A DNA stretch of 64,000 nucleotides from an uncultured Actinomycetota bacterium (GTDB taxonomy: Bacteria > Actinomycetota > Thermoleophilia > Gaiellales > F1-60-MAGs149), in assembly GCA_963767885.1 (NCBI GenBank), contig CAVYFW010000003.1, forward strand, positions 218,628 through 282,627, read 5' to 3'. The notes beneath the pieces are model-generated. The model searched no databases, was not told the origin of the DNA, and saw only the letters and a program-made list of their open reading frames with translations. Positions 26,676 to 36,330 of the stretch are shown here, in pieces. The number at the start of each line of letters is the position of its first letter. Position 1 is the stretch's first letter. A program made the position numbers and the translations under genes.

Positions 26676-28756
26676 TGAGCGACAGGGTCGTCAAGATCTT
26701 GGATGGCAACACCTTCGTCGTCAGCGACGAGCGGGGTGACATCGAGGCGTCGCCCACCGATCCGACGGGCCTGTTCGCGTTCGACATGCGCTTCCTGTCG
26801 AAGTGGGTGCTGACGATCGACGGCGAACGGCTGAACGCGCTCTCGACCGACGATCTCCACTACTTCGAGACGCGCTTCTTCCTGGTGCCCGGGACCGGCA
26901 CGGTCTACGTCGACGCGAAGCTCTCGGTGATCCGCCAGCGGGCGGTCGGCAGCGGCTTCCACGAGGAACTGACGATCCTCAACCACGCCGACAAGCCGGT
27001 GAGGCTGAAGGTCCGGGTCGATGCCGGCTCCGACTTCGCAGACCTGTTCGAGGTCAAGGACGCACTCCCGAAGAAGGGCAAGCTCGCCACGAGGGTCGAG
27101 GACGGTCGGCTGGTGATCTCGTACGAGCGCGACGCGTTCGTGCGCGCGACCCACGTGTCGGCGAGCGCACCGGCGACGATCGACGAAGCCGGCCTGACCT
27201 TCGACGTCGCGATCGAGCCCCACGGCCGGTGGTCGACCGACCTCGATGTCGTCACGGCGTTGCTCGGCTGGGGCGAGCGTCACGATCGTCCGAAGTACGC
27301 CCGAGGCGCCTCTCAGGCGCGTCCGAGCATGCAGGAGGACCTCGATCGCTGGATCGGCGACGCCCCCCGCGTCGCGTGCGACTCGGACGCGTTGCGGGCG
27401 ACGTACCGGCGCAGCCTGGTCGACCTGGCGGCGCTGCGCTTCTCGCCCATGACCGCCGGCCGCCGCAGCTTGCCGGCCGCGGGCCTCCCATGGTTCATGA
27501 CCATGTTCGGGCGCGACAGCATCTTCACGAGCCTGCAGGCGCTTCCGTTCACGCCGGAGCTCGCGGCGACGACGCTGGTGGAGCTCGGGATGCGCCAGGG
27601 CGCGGTGGTCGACGACTTCCGCGACGAGGACCCGGGGCGGATCCTCCACGAGATGCGCTATGGCGAGCTGACCGCGTTCGAGGAGCGGCCGCACTCGCCG
27701 TACTACGGCTGCGCCGACGCGACGCCGCTGTTCGTCGTCCTGCTCGACGAGTACGAGCGGTGGACCGGCGACGCGAGGCTCGTGCGCGAGCTCGAAACCG
27801 AGGCGCGCGCGGCGCTCAACTGGATCGACGAGTACGCGAACCTCCGGGGCGACGGCTACATCTGGTACCAGCGCCGGAACGAGCAGACGGGCCTGGAGAA
27901 CCAGTGCTGGAAGGACTCCTGGGACTCGATCTCCTACCGCGACGGCCGGCTCCCCGGCTTCCCGCGCGCCACCTGCGAGCTGCAGGGCTATGCCTACGAC
28001 GCGAAGATGCGCGGGGCGCGGCTTGCGCGGGAGATCTGGAAGGACGCGCCGTTCGCCGCGGAGCTCGAGAAGCAGGCCGAGCACCTCAAGCGCCGGTTCA
28101 ACCGCGACTTCTGGGTCGAGGACGACGAGTTCTTCGCGCTCGCCCTCGACCCCGACGGCAACCAGGTCGATGCGCTCGCCTCGAACAACGGCCACCTGCT
28201 GTGGAGCGGCATCGTCGACAAGTCCAAGGCGAAGGCCGTCGTCCGGCACCTGATGGGACCGCGGCTCTTCTCCGGCTGGGGCGTGCGGACGTTGGCCGAG
28301 GGCGAGCAGCGCTACAACCCGATCGGCTACCACGTCGGTACCGTCTGGCCGTTCGACAACTCGTTCATCGCCTGGGGGCTCCGCCGCTACGGCTTCAAGG
28401 ACGAAGCGGCACAGATCGCTGCTGGCATCCTCGACGCGGCGGAGTTCTTCGAGGGCCGGCTGCCGGAGGCGTTCGGCGGGTACGAACGGTCGCTCACGCG
28501 CTACCCGGTCCAGTACCCCACCGCGTGCAGCCCGCAGGCCTGGTCGACCGGGGCGCCGCTGCTGTTCCTGCGCACCATGCTCGGCCTCGAACCCTACGGG
28601 GAGCACCTCATCGTCGACCCGGCGCTCCCGGCCGGCACGGGTCGGCTCGAGCTGCTCGACATCCCCGGCCGGTGGGGGCGCATCGACGCCTTCGGGCGCG
28701 AGCGCGTCGAGGTCGAGCCGAAGCAGCGAAAGGCTCGGAAGCGGAGCCGGGCCTGA
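26675..28756 (+). CDS. Glycogen-debranching-enzyme-like protein (N-terminal GDE domain + amylo-alpha-1,6-glucosidase (alpha/alpha)6 domain), 693 aa
   Basis: LPWFMTMFGRDSI, ILHEMRYGE, YYGCADATPLF, ENQCWKDSWD, TVWPFDN, EAFGGY; intact over 2082 nt. Confidence 0.9.
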   Translation: MSDRVVKILDGNTFVVSDERGDIEASPTDPTGLFAFDMRFLSKWVLTIDGERLNALSTDDLHYFETRFFLVPGTGTVYVDAKLSVIRQRAVGSGFHEELTILNHADKPVRLKVRVDAGSDFADLFEVKDALPKKGKLATRVEDGRLVISYERDAFVRATHVSASAPATIDEAGLTFDVAIEPHGRWSTDLDVVTALLGWGERHDRPKYARGASQARPSMQEDLDRWIGDAPRVACDSDALRATYRRSLVDLAALRFSPMTAGRRSLPAAGLPWFMTMFGRDSIFTSLQALPFTPELAATTLVELGMRQGAVVDDFRDEDPGRILHEMRYGELTAFEERPHSPYYGCADATPLFVVLLDEYERWTGDARLVRELETEARAALNWIDEYANLRGDGYIWYQRRNEQTGLENQCWKDSWDSISYRDGRLPGFPRATCELQGYAYDAKMRGARLAREIWKDAPFAAELEKQAEHLKRRFNRDFWVEDDEFFALALDPDGNQVDALASNNGHLLWSGIVDKSKAKAVVRHLMGPRLFSGWGVRTLAEGEQRYNPIGYHVGTVWPFDNSFIAWGLRRYGFKDEAAQIAAGILDAAEFFEGRLPEAFGGYERSLTRYPVQYPTACSPQAWSTGAPLLFLRTMLGLEPYGEHLIVDPALPAGTGRLELLDIPGRWGRIDAFGRERVEVEPKQRKARKRSRA

Positions 28757-28816
28757 CGACGAGCAGCGCCCGGACAGGTGATGGATCGATGATCGCGACC
28801 TCCGCTCGCGCGTGAG

Positions 28817-30303
28817 TCAGACGCCTTCGATCGCCGTCAGTCGCCCGGAGCGGATGGCCTCCGTGAAGGCACGGAAGTCGTCCTCGTTCTGATCGGCGTA
28901 GCGCTCGGAGAAGTCGACGAGGGCCCGGGTGAAGGCATCGCTCCGGCCCAGGTAGGCCGCGATCGCGATCGGGTCGCCCGAGCGCGCGTGCGCTCGCGCG
29001 AGCGTCCAGCCGCACAGGCGTCCGTACAGGCTCAGGCCGGTAGCGTCGAGCGACTCCACGTCCACGGACATCTTCATGTCCCGGAGCTGACGCCAGTACA
29101 GGTAGCGATCGGCGTTCGCGTCCCTGGTCCAGCCCAGGAAGATGTCGCTGGCAGCCTGCATCAGCCGCTGGCCCTGCACCACGCGTTCGCCGTGCTGCCG
29201 GTGGCGGCTCCTGGGCAGATGGTCCTCGAGCACCGACGCCGTCGCCTCCTTGACCTGCAGGAACAGGGGGTCCTGCTGGTCGCGGCCCTCGAGCAGCACG
29301 ATGAACGCTCGCGTGCCGACGCTCCCGACGCCGACGACCTTGCGCGCCATGTCGACGAACCGGAACCGCTCGAGCAGCTGGCGCCGATCGTCCTGCAACG
29401 TCGTTCGATAGCCGCGGAACTGCCCGCCGCACCACCTGCTCGAGCTCGGCGCTGGAGATGCCAAAGGTCGCCTCCAGCTCGCGCGCCGGGACGACGATCG
29501 GCGGCTGGCTGACGATCCGGTAGCGCCCGTCCACCTTCTCGGCGAGCTTGGAGAGCGCCTGCAGGCTGTCGCGCGTGCGCGCCTTCGCGGCGCCCTTCTC
29601 GATCGCCTTCACCCGCTCCTGCTGTTCCTTCTTGACGCGGGCGCTCCGCTTCGCTCCCCCCGCGCTGCGAAGCGCGTCCAGCAGCCGAGCCTCGGACATG
29701 TGCGCGTACCAGATGTCGAGCGTCGACAGCTCCGCGAACTCGGCCATCGACTGCTGGTACGCCTGAACCGAGGCCCGTGTCGCGTCGCGGCTCTCGGCCT
29801 GGCGGAAGCCGTTGTTGCGCGCCGCGATGGCGAAGCTCGCGGCCATGCGCATGACGTCGTACTCGAACGGGCCCGGCAGGGTCTCGTCGAAGTCGTTGAG
29901 GTCGAAGAGCAGGGTGCGCTCCGGCGAGGCGAACGCCCCGAAGTTCGACAGGTGCGCGTCGCCGCAGAGCTGAACCGTCAGGCCCGCCCTGGGCGTGCTC
30001 GCCAGGTCGGCGGCCATGATCTTGGCCGCCCCGCGGTAGAAGGTGAACGGCGACACCATCATCCGCCCATGCCGCACCGGCACGAGGTCGGGCTCACGCG
30101 TCGCGTTCTGCTCCTCGAGCAGGGCGAGAGGGTCCGGGCGGCTCGGGGCCGGCGTCCAACCCGCATGGCTCGACCGAGGCACCTGCCGCCGCAGACTCCC
30201 TGCCGCGGGCACGACGCTCCGCGACGCTCGGGTGGTCGACCCGCGCGGGGATCGACCTCGAGGCTCGCCTCCCGGCTTCGGCACCCTCGACCTGGTCGGT
30301 CAT
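28817..30303 (-). pseudogene. DUF2252-family protein, two frameshifts (near 30190 and 29440)
   Basis: RBS AAGGAG precedes ATG 30303. VPRSSHAGWTPAPSRPDPLALLEEQ..LCGDAHLSNFG (ORF 28608..30284) and KVVGVGSVGTRAFIVLLEG (ORF 28817..29464) are family-typical. Confidence 0.8.
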
Positions 30304-30393
30304 CTCTCGGCTCCTTCGCTGTCGTGACGGTACTACCGCAGCGATCGCTGCGTCATCAACCGCGGCCGAGATCCACCGGGCGCCAGCCTCGGA

Positions 30394-31510
30394 TCAGCGG
30401 GCGCTTCCCGTCGTGGCCACGGACTCGCTTCGGCGGCCGTCGACGAGCTCCCGGACCCGCGGGATGACCTGCTCGCCGTAGAGCTCGATCGCCGTCATGA
30501 GCTGCTCGTGGGTGAGGCCCGGCATGCCGAACTTGAGGTCGAAGCGGCTCGCGTCGAGCACGTCGAGATTGGCGGCGATCTTGCGGGCGACGGTCTCGGG
30601 CGAGCCGACGTAGAGCGCGCCCTCGGGGCCGACGTCGAACGCGAAGTACGTCCTCGGTCGGGGCACGGAAGCCGCGCTCCCTGCCGACCCGGCTGATCGT
30701 CTCGTGCCAGTGGGGCCAGAACTCGGCCCGCGCCTGCTCGTCGGTCTCGGCGACGTGGCCCGGTGCGTGCACGCCGACCGGCCTGTCCGGCTGGCCGAAC
30801 TCGCGCAGCGCCTCGCGGTACAGCTGCGAGAAGGGCGCGAAGCGCGCCGGCGGGCCGCCGATGATGGCGAGCATCAGGGAGAAGCCGTAGCGGGCCGCGC
30901 GGATCACGGACTCCGGGGTGCCGCCGACGCCGACCCAGACCGGGAACGGCCCGGACTCGAGGTGCGGGACGACGTCCTGCTGGTGCAGCGGCGCCCGGGT
31001 CGTGCCCTGCCAGCTGACGGGGCCGCCCCGCAGCAGCTCGGCGAAGAGGTTGGTCTTCTCCTCGAACAGGCGCTCGTAGTCGGCCAGGTCGTAGCCGAAG
31101 AGCGGGAACGACTCGATGCTCGAGCCGCGACCCAGGATCACCTCCGCGCGACCCTGCGAGATCGCGTTCAGCGTCGAGTAGCGCTGGAACACGCGGACGG
31201 GATCGTCGGAGCTGAGCACGATCACCGCGGAGCCGAGATGGATGCGGGTCGTCCGCGCGGCGATCGCTGCCAGCGCCACGTCGCCGGCGGGCATCGGGAA
31301 GTCGTTGGTGTGGTGCTCGCCGATGCCGAAGAAGTCGACGCCGACCCGATCCGCCAGCACGCCCTGCTCGACGACGCTGCGGATCGTCTCCGCGTGGCTC
31401 AGCGGCCGACCGTGCTGGTCGTAGATCAGGTCGCCGAAGGTGTCGAGGCCGAGGACGAGGCCGGCCGGCCGGTCGGGGTCTTCGGTGAGGTCGGTGGTTG
31501 CGGTGGTCAT
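30394..31510 (-). pseudogene. LLM-class flavin-dependent oxidoreductase, one frameshift near 30660
   Basis: FFGIGEHH, RIHLGSAV and VILGRGS in ORF 30356..31546 (start ATG 31510). The C-terminus YFAFDVGPEGALYVGSPETVARKI is in ORF 30394..30666. Confidence 0.8.
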
Positions 31511-31550
31511 GTGGGTCTCCGAGGTGATGGTCGAGGAGCGGCGCATCGCA

Positions 31551-31574
31551 TAACTTCTGTTTTCGAAGTAACTA
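31551..31574. promoter_or_regulatory. AT-rich imperfect palindrome TAACTTC-tgttttc-GAAGTAA in the LLM / HxlR divergent intergenic region
   Basis: This is the lowest-GC patch of the 86-nt divergent promoter region, with 6 of 7 complementary arms. Confidence 0.3.
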
Positions 31575-31596
31575 CGATCGTGCTAGGTTCATTCCC

Positions 31597-31980
31597 GTGG
31601 CGAAGACGACCCGCTCCCGACCGGCCGCAGGGAGCGAGGCGTGCGCGCGCAGCGACGCCTCCCTGGTCCGCGCGTTCGAGCTCCTCGGCCGCCGCTGGAC
31701 GGGGGTCATCCTCGGCACGCTCAGCGACCGCTCGGCGAGCTTCCGCGAGCTCGCCCGCGCCGTTCCCGGCATCGGCGACTCGATGCTCTCCACGCGCCTC
31801 GCCTCGCTCACCGAGGCTGGCCTGGTCACCCGCACCGTCGACGAGGGGCCGCCGATCGCGGTCGCCTACCAGCTCACCGACGCGGGCCGCGCGCTGCTCC
31901 CGGCGCTCGAGCAGATCAGCCGCTGGGCCGACGAGCACCTGCCGACCGCCGCGTCGCCTGCGTTGCCACGGCCGGTGTAG
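31597..31980 (+). CDS. HxlR-family transcriptional regulator
   Basis: LLGRRWTGVILGTL..FRELARAVPGIGDSMLSTRLASLTEAGLVTR; divergent from the LLM oxidoreductase. Confidence 0.85.
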   Translation: MAKTTRSRPAAGSEACARSDASLVRAFELLGRRWTGVILGTLSDRSASFRELARAVPGIGDSMLSTRLASLTEAGLVTRTVDEGPPIAVAYQLTDAGRALLPALEQISRWADEHLPTAASPALPRPV

Positions 31981-32235
31981 CTCCCTACGGCTGAGCCGGG
32001 ATCGCCCGATGCTGTTTCAGCCACGCCAGCACGTCGCCGGCATTTCGATCCGGCGGAAACACCGGAGTAGAAGACGTGGCTGATGCGCGCGTCGTGGGCG
32101 TGCCCCACGTCTTCCAGGCCTACTCCGCGATCCTCGACGAGGCGACCGCGGCGCTGGACCGAGCCGGACGGTTCCTGTCGTCGCATCTCGCCGGCGCCGT
32201 CGTCAACCCGGCTCGACTCTAGGGAGCCTCCAGCC

Positions 32236-32700
32236 ATGGCCTCGCACACCGAGCTCACGCCGTCCGAGGCCGCCGACCGGCTTGCGATTCGCGAGCTGTT
32301 CGACGCGTACGCGCACTGCGCCGACCGCCGTGACGCCGAAGGGCAACAGGCGCTCTTCACCGACGACACCACCTTCGCGGTCTACATGGACGGCGAGGGC
32401 AGCGAGCCGACCTACGTCCTCCACGGACGAGCGGCGCTCGCGCCCGTGTTCGACGACCTGAACCGCTACGAGGCGACGACGCACTTCAACGGCCAGAGCA
32501 CGGTCGTCATCGAGGGCGACCGCGCCACCGGCGAGAGCTACACGATCGCGCACCACCTCTTCTCCGAAGGCGGCAACCGCACGATCATGATCGCCTCGCT
32601 CCGGTACCTTGACACGTTCGCCAAGATTGCAGGCAGCTGGTTCTTCGCCGAGCGGAGCCTCTTCGTCGACTGGAGCGAGACGCGACCGTCGACACCGTGA
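32236..32700 (+). CDS. SnoaL-like / NTF2-fold protein
   Basis: ATG 32236 follows AGGGAG. IRELFDAYAHCADRRD..LFTDD..TTHFNGQ is typical of SnoaL_4. Confidence 0.8.
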   Translation: MASHTELTPSEAADRLAIRELFDAYAHCADRRDAEGQQALFTDDTTFAVYMDGEGSEPTYVLHGRAALAPVFDDLNRYEATTHFNGQSTVVIEGDRATGESYTIAHHLFSEGGNRTIMIASLRYLDTFAKIAGSWFFAERSLFVDWSETRPSTP

Positions 32701-32764
32701 ACCTGATCCCGGACGACGCGGATCCGTCGGCTTCCCGCACCACGTGCCGCCACGGAGGAACGAC

Positions 32765-34324
32765 GTGTCCACGCCCCCGAGCCCATTCCTCTCCCCATCG
32801 CAGCTCGGGACGCTCGCCGCGATCGGCGAGGAGCGCACGGCGCCGGTCGGTGAGCTGCTGTACCGGGTCGGCGATCGGACGTATCCGTTCATCGCGATCC
32901 TCGAAGGAGAGGTCGCGATCGTCGACGCCGTCGGAAACGTCCTGGTCCGGCACGGCCCCTCGGGCTTCCTCGGCGAGCTGAACATCCTGTCGGGGCAGAC
33001 GGTCTTCGTCAACGCCCTCGTGACCGAGCCGGTGCGCTACATCGCCGTCGAGCGCAGCGCGCTGCGCTCGCTCCTCAACGAGGACGGCCCGCTCAGCGAC
33101 CTGCTCCTCTCCACGTTCATCGCCCGCCGCGAGGCCTTGCAGAGCGTCGAGGGGATCGGGGTCGAGATCGTCGGCCCCCATGGTTCCGAGCCGACGATGC
33201 GCATGCTCGACTTCGCCCGTGCGAACCGTCTCCCGTACACCTGGCAGGAGTCGGCCCCGCCCGGCGGCGGCGCGCTACCGCTCGTGCGGCTGCCCGGCGG
33301 GCGAGAGCTGCATGGTCCGACCAGCGGCGAGGTGTTGCGCGCGCTCGGGATCGGGCTCGAGCTCGCACCCCGCGAGGAGGTCGACCTGCTGATCGTGGGC
33401 GCCGGGCCGGCGGGCCTCGCTGCCGCGGTCTACGGCGCCTCCGAAGGCCTCGACACGCTGGTCGTCGAGAGCACCGCGCTCGGTGGGCAGGCCGGGTCGT
33501 CCCGACGAATCGAGAACTACCTCGGCTTTCCCGCGGGCATCAGCGGCACCGAGCTGACCAGCCGGGCGGTGGCCCAGGCGCGCAAGTTCAACGCACGCAC
33601 CGCGACCCCGTACCGCGCGCTCTCCCTCGAACCAGGCGACGGACGTCACCTGGTCCGGCTCGAGGACGACCGCGAGATCGCCGCCCGTGCCGTCCTGCTC
33701 GCGACGGGTGCGCAGTACCGCCGGCTACCGGTCGACAGGCTGGCGGAGTTCGAGGGACTGACGGTGCTCTACGCCGCCGGGGCGCCCGAGGCCCACCTCT
33801 GTGCCGGCTCGCGCGTCGCCGTGGTCGGCGGCGGCAACTCCGCCGGGCAGGCAGCCGTGTGGCTCGCCCGCGGCGGCGCGCTCGTCTCCCTGCTCCACCG
33901 CCGTGCCGATCTCCGCGAGACGATGTCCGACTACCTGATCCACGACCTCGAGCGGTATGGCGTCACCATCCACGACGGAAGCGAGATCGCGGCGCTCCAC
34001 GGCGAGGCCGGGCACCTCGAGGCCGTCACGCTGGTGAGCGGCGCGCGCCTTCCCTTCGCGTTCATGTTCCTGTTCCTCGGCGCGCTGCCGTGCACCGAGT
34101 GGCTCGACGACACCGTGAGCCGCGACCGCGACGGGTTCATCCTCACCGGCGCCGCGGCGAACATGGACAGCCTGCTCGAGACCGGCATCCCCGGCGTGTT
34201 CGCGGCCGGTGACGTCCGCTCCGGGTCGACCAAGCGCTGCGCCACCGCCGTCGGCGAAGGGTCGATGGCCGTCCAGCTCATCCATGCCCACCTCTCCCGT
34301 ACCCCTGCCGTCGAGAGGACGTGA
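32765..34324 (+). CDS. Cyclic-nucleotide-binding domain fused to a thioredoxin-reductase-like FAD/NAD(P) oxidoreductase
   Basis: GTG 32765 follows GGAGG. The N-terminal cNMP domain has GFLGELNILSG. It is followed by LLIVGAGPAGLAAAVY, VAVVGGGNSAGQAA and FAAGDVR. Confidence 0.85.
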   Translation: MSTPPSPFLSPSQLGTLAAIGEERTAPVGELLYRVGDRTYPFIAILEGEVAIVDAVGNVLVRHGPSGFLGELNILSGQTVFVNALVTEPVRYIAVERSALRSLLNEDGPLSDLLLSTFIARREALQSVEGIGVEIVGPHGSEPTMRMLDFARANRLPYTWQESAPPGGGALPLVRLPGGRELHGPTSGEVLRALGIGLELAPREEVDLLIVGAGPAGLAAAVYGASEGLDTLVVESTALGGQAGSSRRIENYLGFPAGISGTELTSRAVAQARKFNARTATPYRALSLEPGDGRHLVRLEDDREIAARAVLLATGAQYRRLPVDRLAEFEGLTVLYAAGAPEAHLCAGSRVAVVGGGNSAGQAAVWLARGGALVSLLHRRADLRETMSDYLIHDLERYGVTIHDGSEIAALHGEAGHLEAVTLVSGARLPFAFMFLFLGALPCTEWLDDTVSRDRDGFILTGAAANMDSLLETGIPGVFAAGDVRSGSTKRCATAVGEGSMAVQLIHAHLSRTPAVERT

Positions 34325-34325
34325 C

Positions 34326-34646
34326 GTGACCCAACCTGTGTGCACCCATCTGGACCAGATCGCCGTTCGCGAGCTGCCGGCGTCGGTGGAGGGCTGCGAG
34401 GACTGCCTGCGCATGGGCGGCAAGTGGCTGCACCTCCGGATCTGCCTGACCTGCGGCCATGTCGCCTGCTGCGACGACTCGCCCAACCGGCACGCCACGG
34501 CGCACGCCCACGCGACGTCGCACCCGATCATCCGATCGCTCGAGCCCGGCGAGGACTGGAACTGGTGCTACGTCGACGACGTCGCGTTCCGCATCGACGG
34601 GATCCACGGCGAGACGCGCATCCCGCCGTCGCCGCTGCTGCAGTAA
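34326..34646 (+). CDS. UBP-type zinc-finger protein
   Basis: CTHL..CEDC..HLRICLTCGHVACCDDSPNRHATAHAHATSHP. Starts 1 nt after the upstream stop. Confidence 0.8.
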   Translation: MTQPVCTHLDQIAVRELPASVEGCEDCLRMGGKWLHLRICLTCGHVACCDDSPNRHATAHAHATSHPIIRSLEPGEDWNWCYVDDVAFRIDGIHGETRIPPSPLLQ

Positions 34647-34775
34647 CGGGGCGGCGGGGGCCACGGTGCGGATGGTCATGCGTCGCGTTGCTCGGTGATC
34701 CACGACGCCGCGAACGTCGTCCTCATCGGCGACGCACTGCTGATTCGCAGCCGGCTTCGCCAATAGGATCAACCG

Positions 34776-35685
34776 GTGATCAATCTCGAGGTCTTCGGCG
34801 ACTCGGCCGCGATGTCGACGGTCGCGGGGTGCTCGACGAGGTCGACGGCGTCAGCCGGGTCAGGGTTGTCCACGCAGCGCGGGCGGGGCACTCCATCGTC
34901 TCGGCCGCAGTGCGCCCAGATGCGGTCGACCCGCTGTTGGAGGCGCTGCGCCGGCAAGGCGTGCCCAATGCCGACATCACGCTGACGCGCGTGGAGGTCG
35001 TCGGCACGCTGGCCACCGGACCGGGCGAGGCGAGCCTCGTGTGGGCCGACGTCCTCGGCACGGCCTGGCTGAACGCGCGACCGTTCGCGAGCTACCTGGC
35101 GTTCATGTTCGTGGCTGGCGTGATCGCCTGTTACGGCGTGATCGATGGCAACACGATTCTGATCGTCGGTGCGATGGCGGTCAGCCCGGACCTTCTGCCG
35201 ATCACCGCGATAAGTGTCGGCATCGTCGGTCGTCGGCCGACGCTCGCAGGTCGTGCGTTGCTGACGCTCGCACTGGGCCTCGCGGTCGCGAGCGCCGCGG
35301 CGGCGATCTTCGCGTTGGCCCAGGATCAGTTCGACCTCATCCCGGCTGGCTTCGACCTGCAAGAGACCGGGGTGCTGGGCAGCCTCACGAGCGTCAATGA
35401 CGAGACGATCGCGGTCGCCCTGGCTGCCGGCGTGGCTGGCATGCTGGCGCTCGAGACCCGCGCCAGCTCGGGCGTCGGCGTAGCCATCTCGGTGACGACG
35501 ATTCCCGCCGCCGCGTATCTGGGCGTCGCGGCCGGGCTGGGCGAGTTCGACGGAGTCCGCAGGCGCACTGGGCGTGCTCGGCACGAACGTCGCGATGATG
35601 GTGGTGGGCGCGGTCGCCACGCTCGCACTTCAAGGTGTGCTCTCGCATCGCAACGCCCCCACGCGGCGTCGCGGCGCCCTCTGAA
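34776..35685 (+). pseudogene. DUF389-family membrane protein, two frameshifts (near 34830 and 35556)
   Basis: VINLEVFGDSAAMSTVAG (ORF 34776..) joins LDEVDGVSRVRVVH..VGAMAVSPDLLPI..ALETRASSGVGVAISVTTIPAAAY (ORF 34340..), then a third frame ending ..LSHRNAPTRRRGAL with the stop near 35683. The first break is at a G-run (GCGGGGTGC). Confidence 0.75.
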
Positions 35686-35721
35686 GGCGTCCGCCGGTGA
35701 GGGCGCGCCGTCGAATCACCT

Positions 35722-36327
35722 TCAGCGCGTAGCCGCGCGTGTCCTGGCGCTCGGAGATACGGGCGCCGCATACGGGGCACCGTCCTGCCGCCGGTCGTGG
35801 CGTTCCGCGGCAGCCAGTCCGAGCGTTAGCGCCGTGCCCTCGTCGAAGTCACGCGAGCCGAGCCCCGGGTGCCGCCAGCCCCACTGCGTACGGCGCCAGC
35901 CACGGCGCAGGAGGAACAGCCGATCGCGCATCTCGCGGCGCTCGTCGCCGTTCACGAGTCCCCCTCGCACGCCGACGCGGGACGCGAGCCCGTTTCGTAC
36001 GCCGCCCGCATCGCGCGGAACGAGTCTACAGAGGACATGGTTCGGAGCCTTTCGCAGTGCGTGCTTGCGGCCGCGCCAGGGCGGATTCGGAAGTGACGGG
36101 CCAGCCAACCGTGATTGGCGTCTGCAGACATCCTCCACCATGCGGAGCAACCGCGGTATGACACGATCATGCTCAGCGGCCAGAAGTGCCGGCCACCCGC
36201 ATGCCGAGCAGCACCGCGGGCGCGGCCTCGTCCGCGCCACCGTTCGAGCGGGACCCGCGTCCGCCCTCAGCCGGACGACGTCGTATCGTAGCCGGTCGAC
36301 TACCGCCTCCAGCGGCGGCGCAGGCAA
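35722..36327 (-). CDS. Hypothetical ORF, possibly a degraded gene (start unclear)
   Basis: The 3' half has genome-typical third-position GC. ERREMRDRLFLLRRGWRRTQWGWRH loosely recalls Vsr/DUF559-type C-termini. The 5' half has lower GC and poor composition. Confidence 0.3.
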   Translation of the reverse strand: MPAPPLEAVVDRLRYDVVRLRADAGPARTVARTRPRPRCCSACGWPALLAAEHDRVIPRLLRMVEDVCRRQSRLAGPSLPNPPWRGRKHALRKAPNHVLCRLVPRDAGGVRNGLASRVGVRGGLVNGDERREMRDRLFLLRRGWRRTQWGWRHPGLGSRDFDEGTALTLGLAAAERHDRRQDGAPYAAPVSPSARTRAATR

Positions 36328-36330
36328 CGC

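Noticed and set aside
26345-28606. 753-aa minus-strand ORF, with similar long ORFs at 21657..23471, 61133..63085, 51395..53503 and 56129..57952
   Set aside because: All are antisense or off-frame to genes with clear family motifs. They have low-complexity Arg/Gly/Asp/Pro-rich translations and no RBS or start support.
31985-32235. Gene-remnant signal between the HxlR and SnoaL genes: plus strand ..ADARVVGVPHVFQAYSAILDEATAALDRAGRFLSSHL (dienelactone-hydrolase-like C-terminus), or minus strand ..FPPDRNAGDVLAWLKQHRAIPAQP
   Set aside because: There is no in-frame start codon for the plus reading, the strand is ambiguous, and only about 50-70 codons are involved. This is likely a truncated relic and I did not annotate it as a gene.
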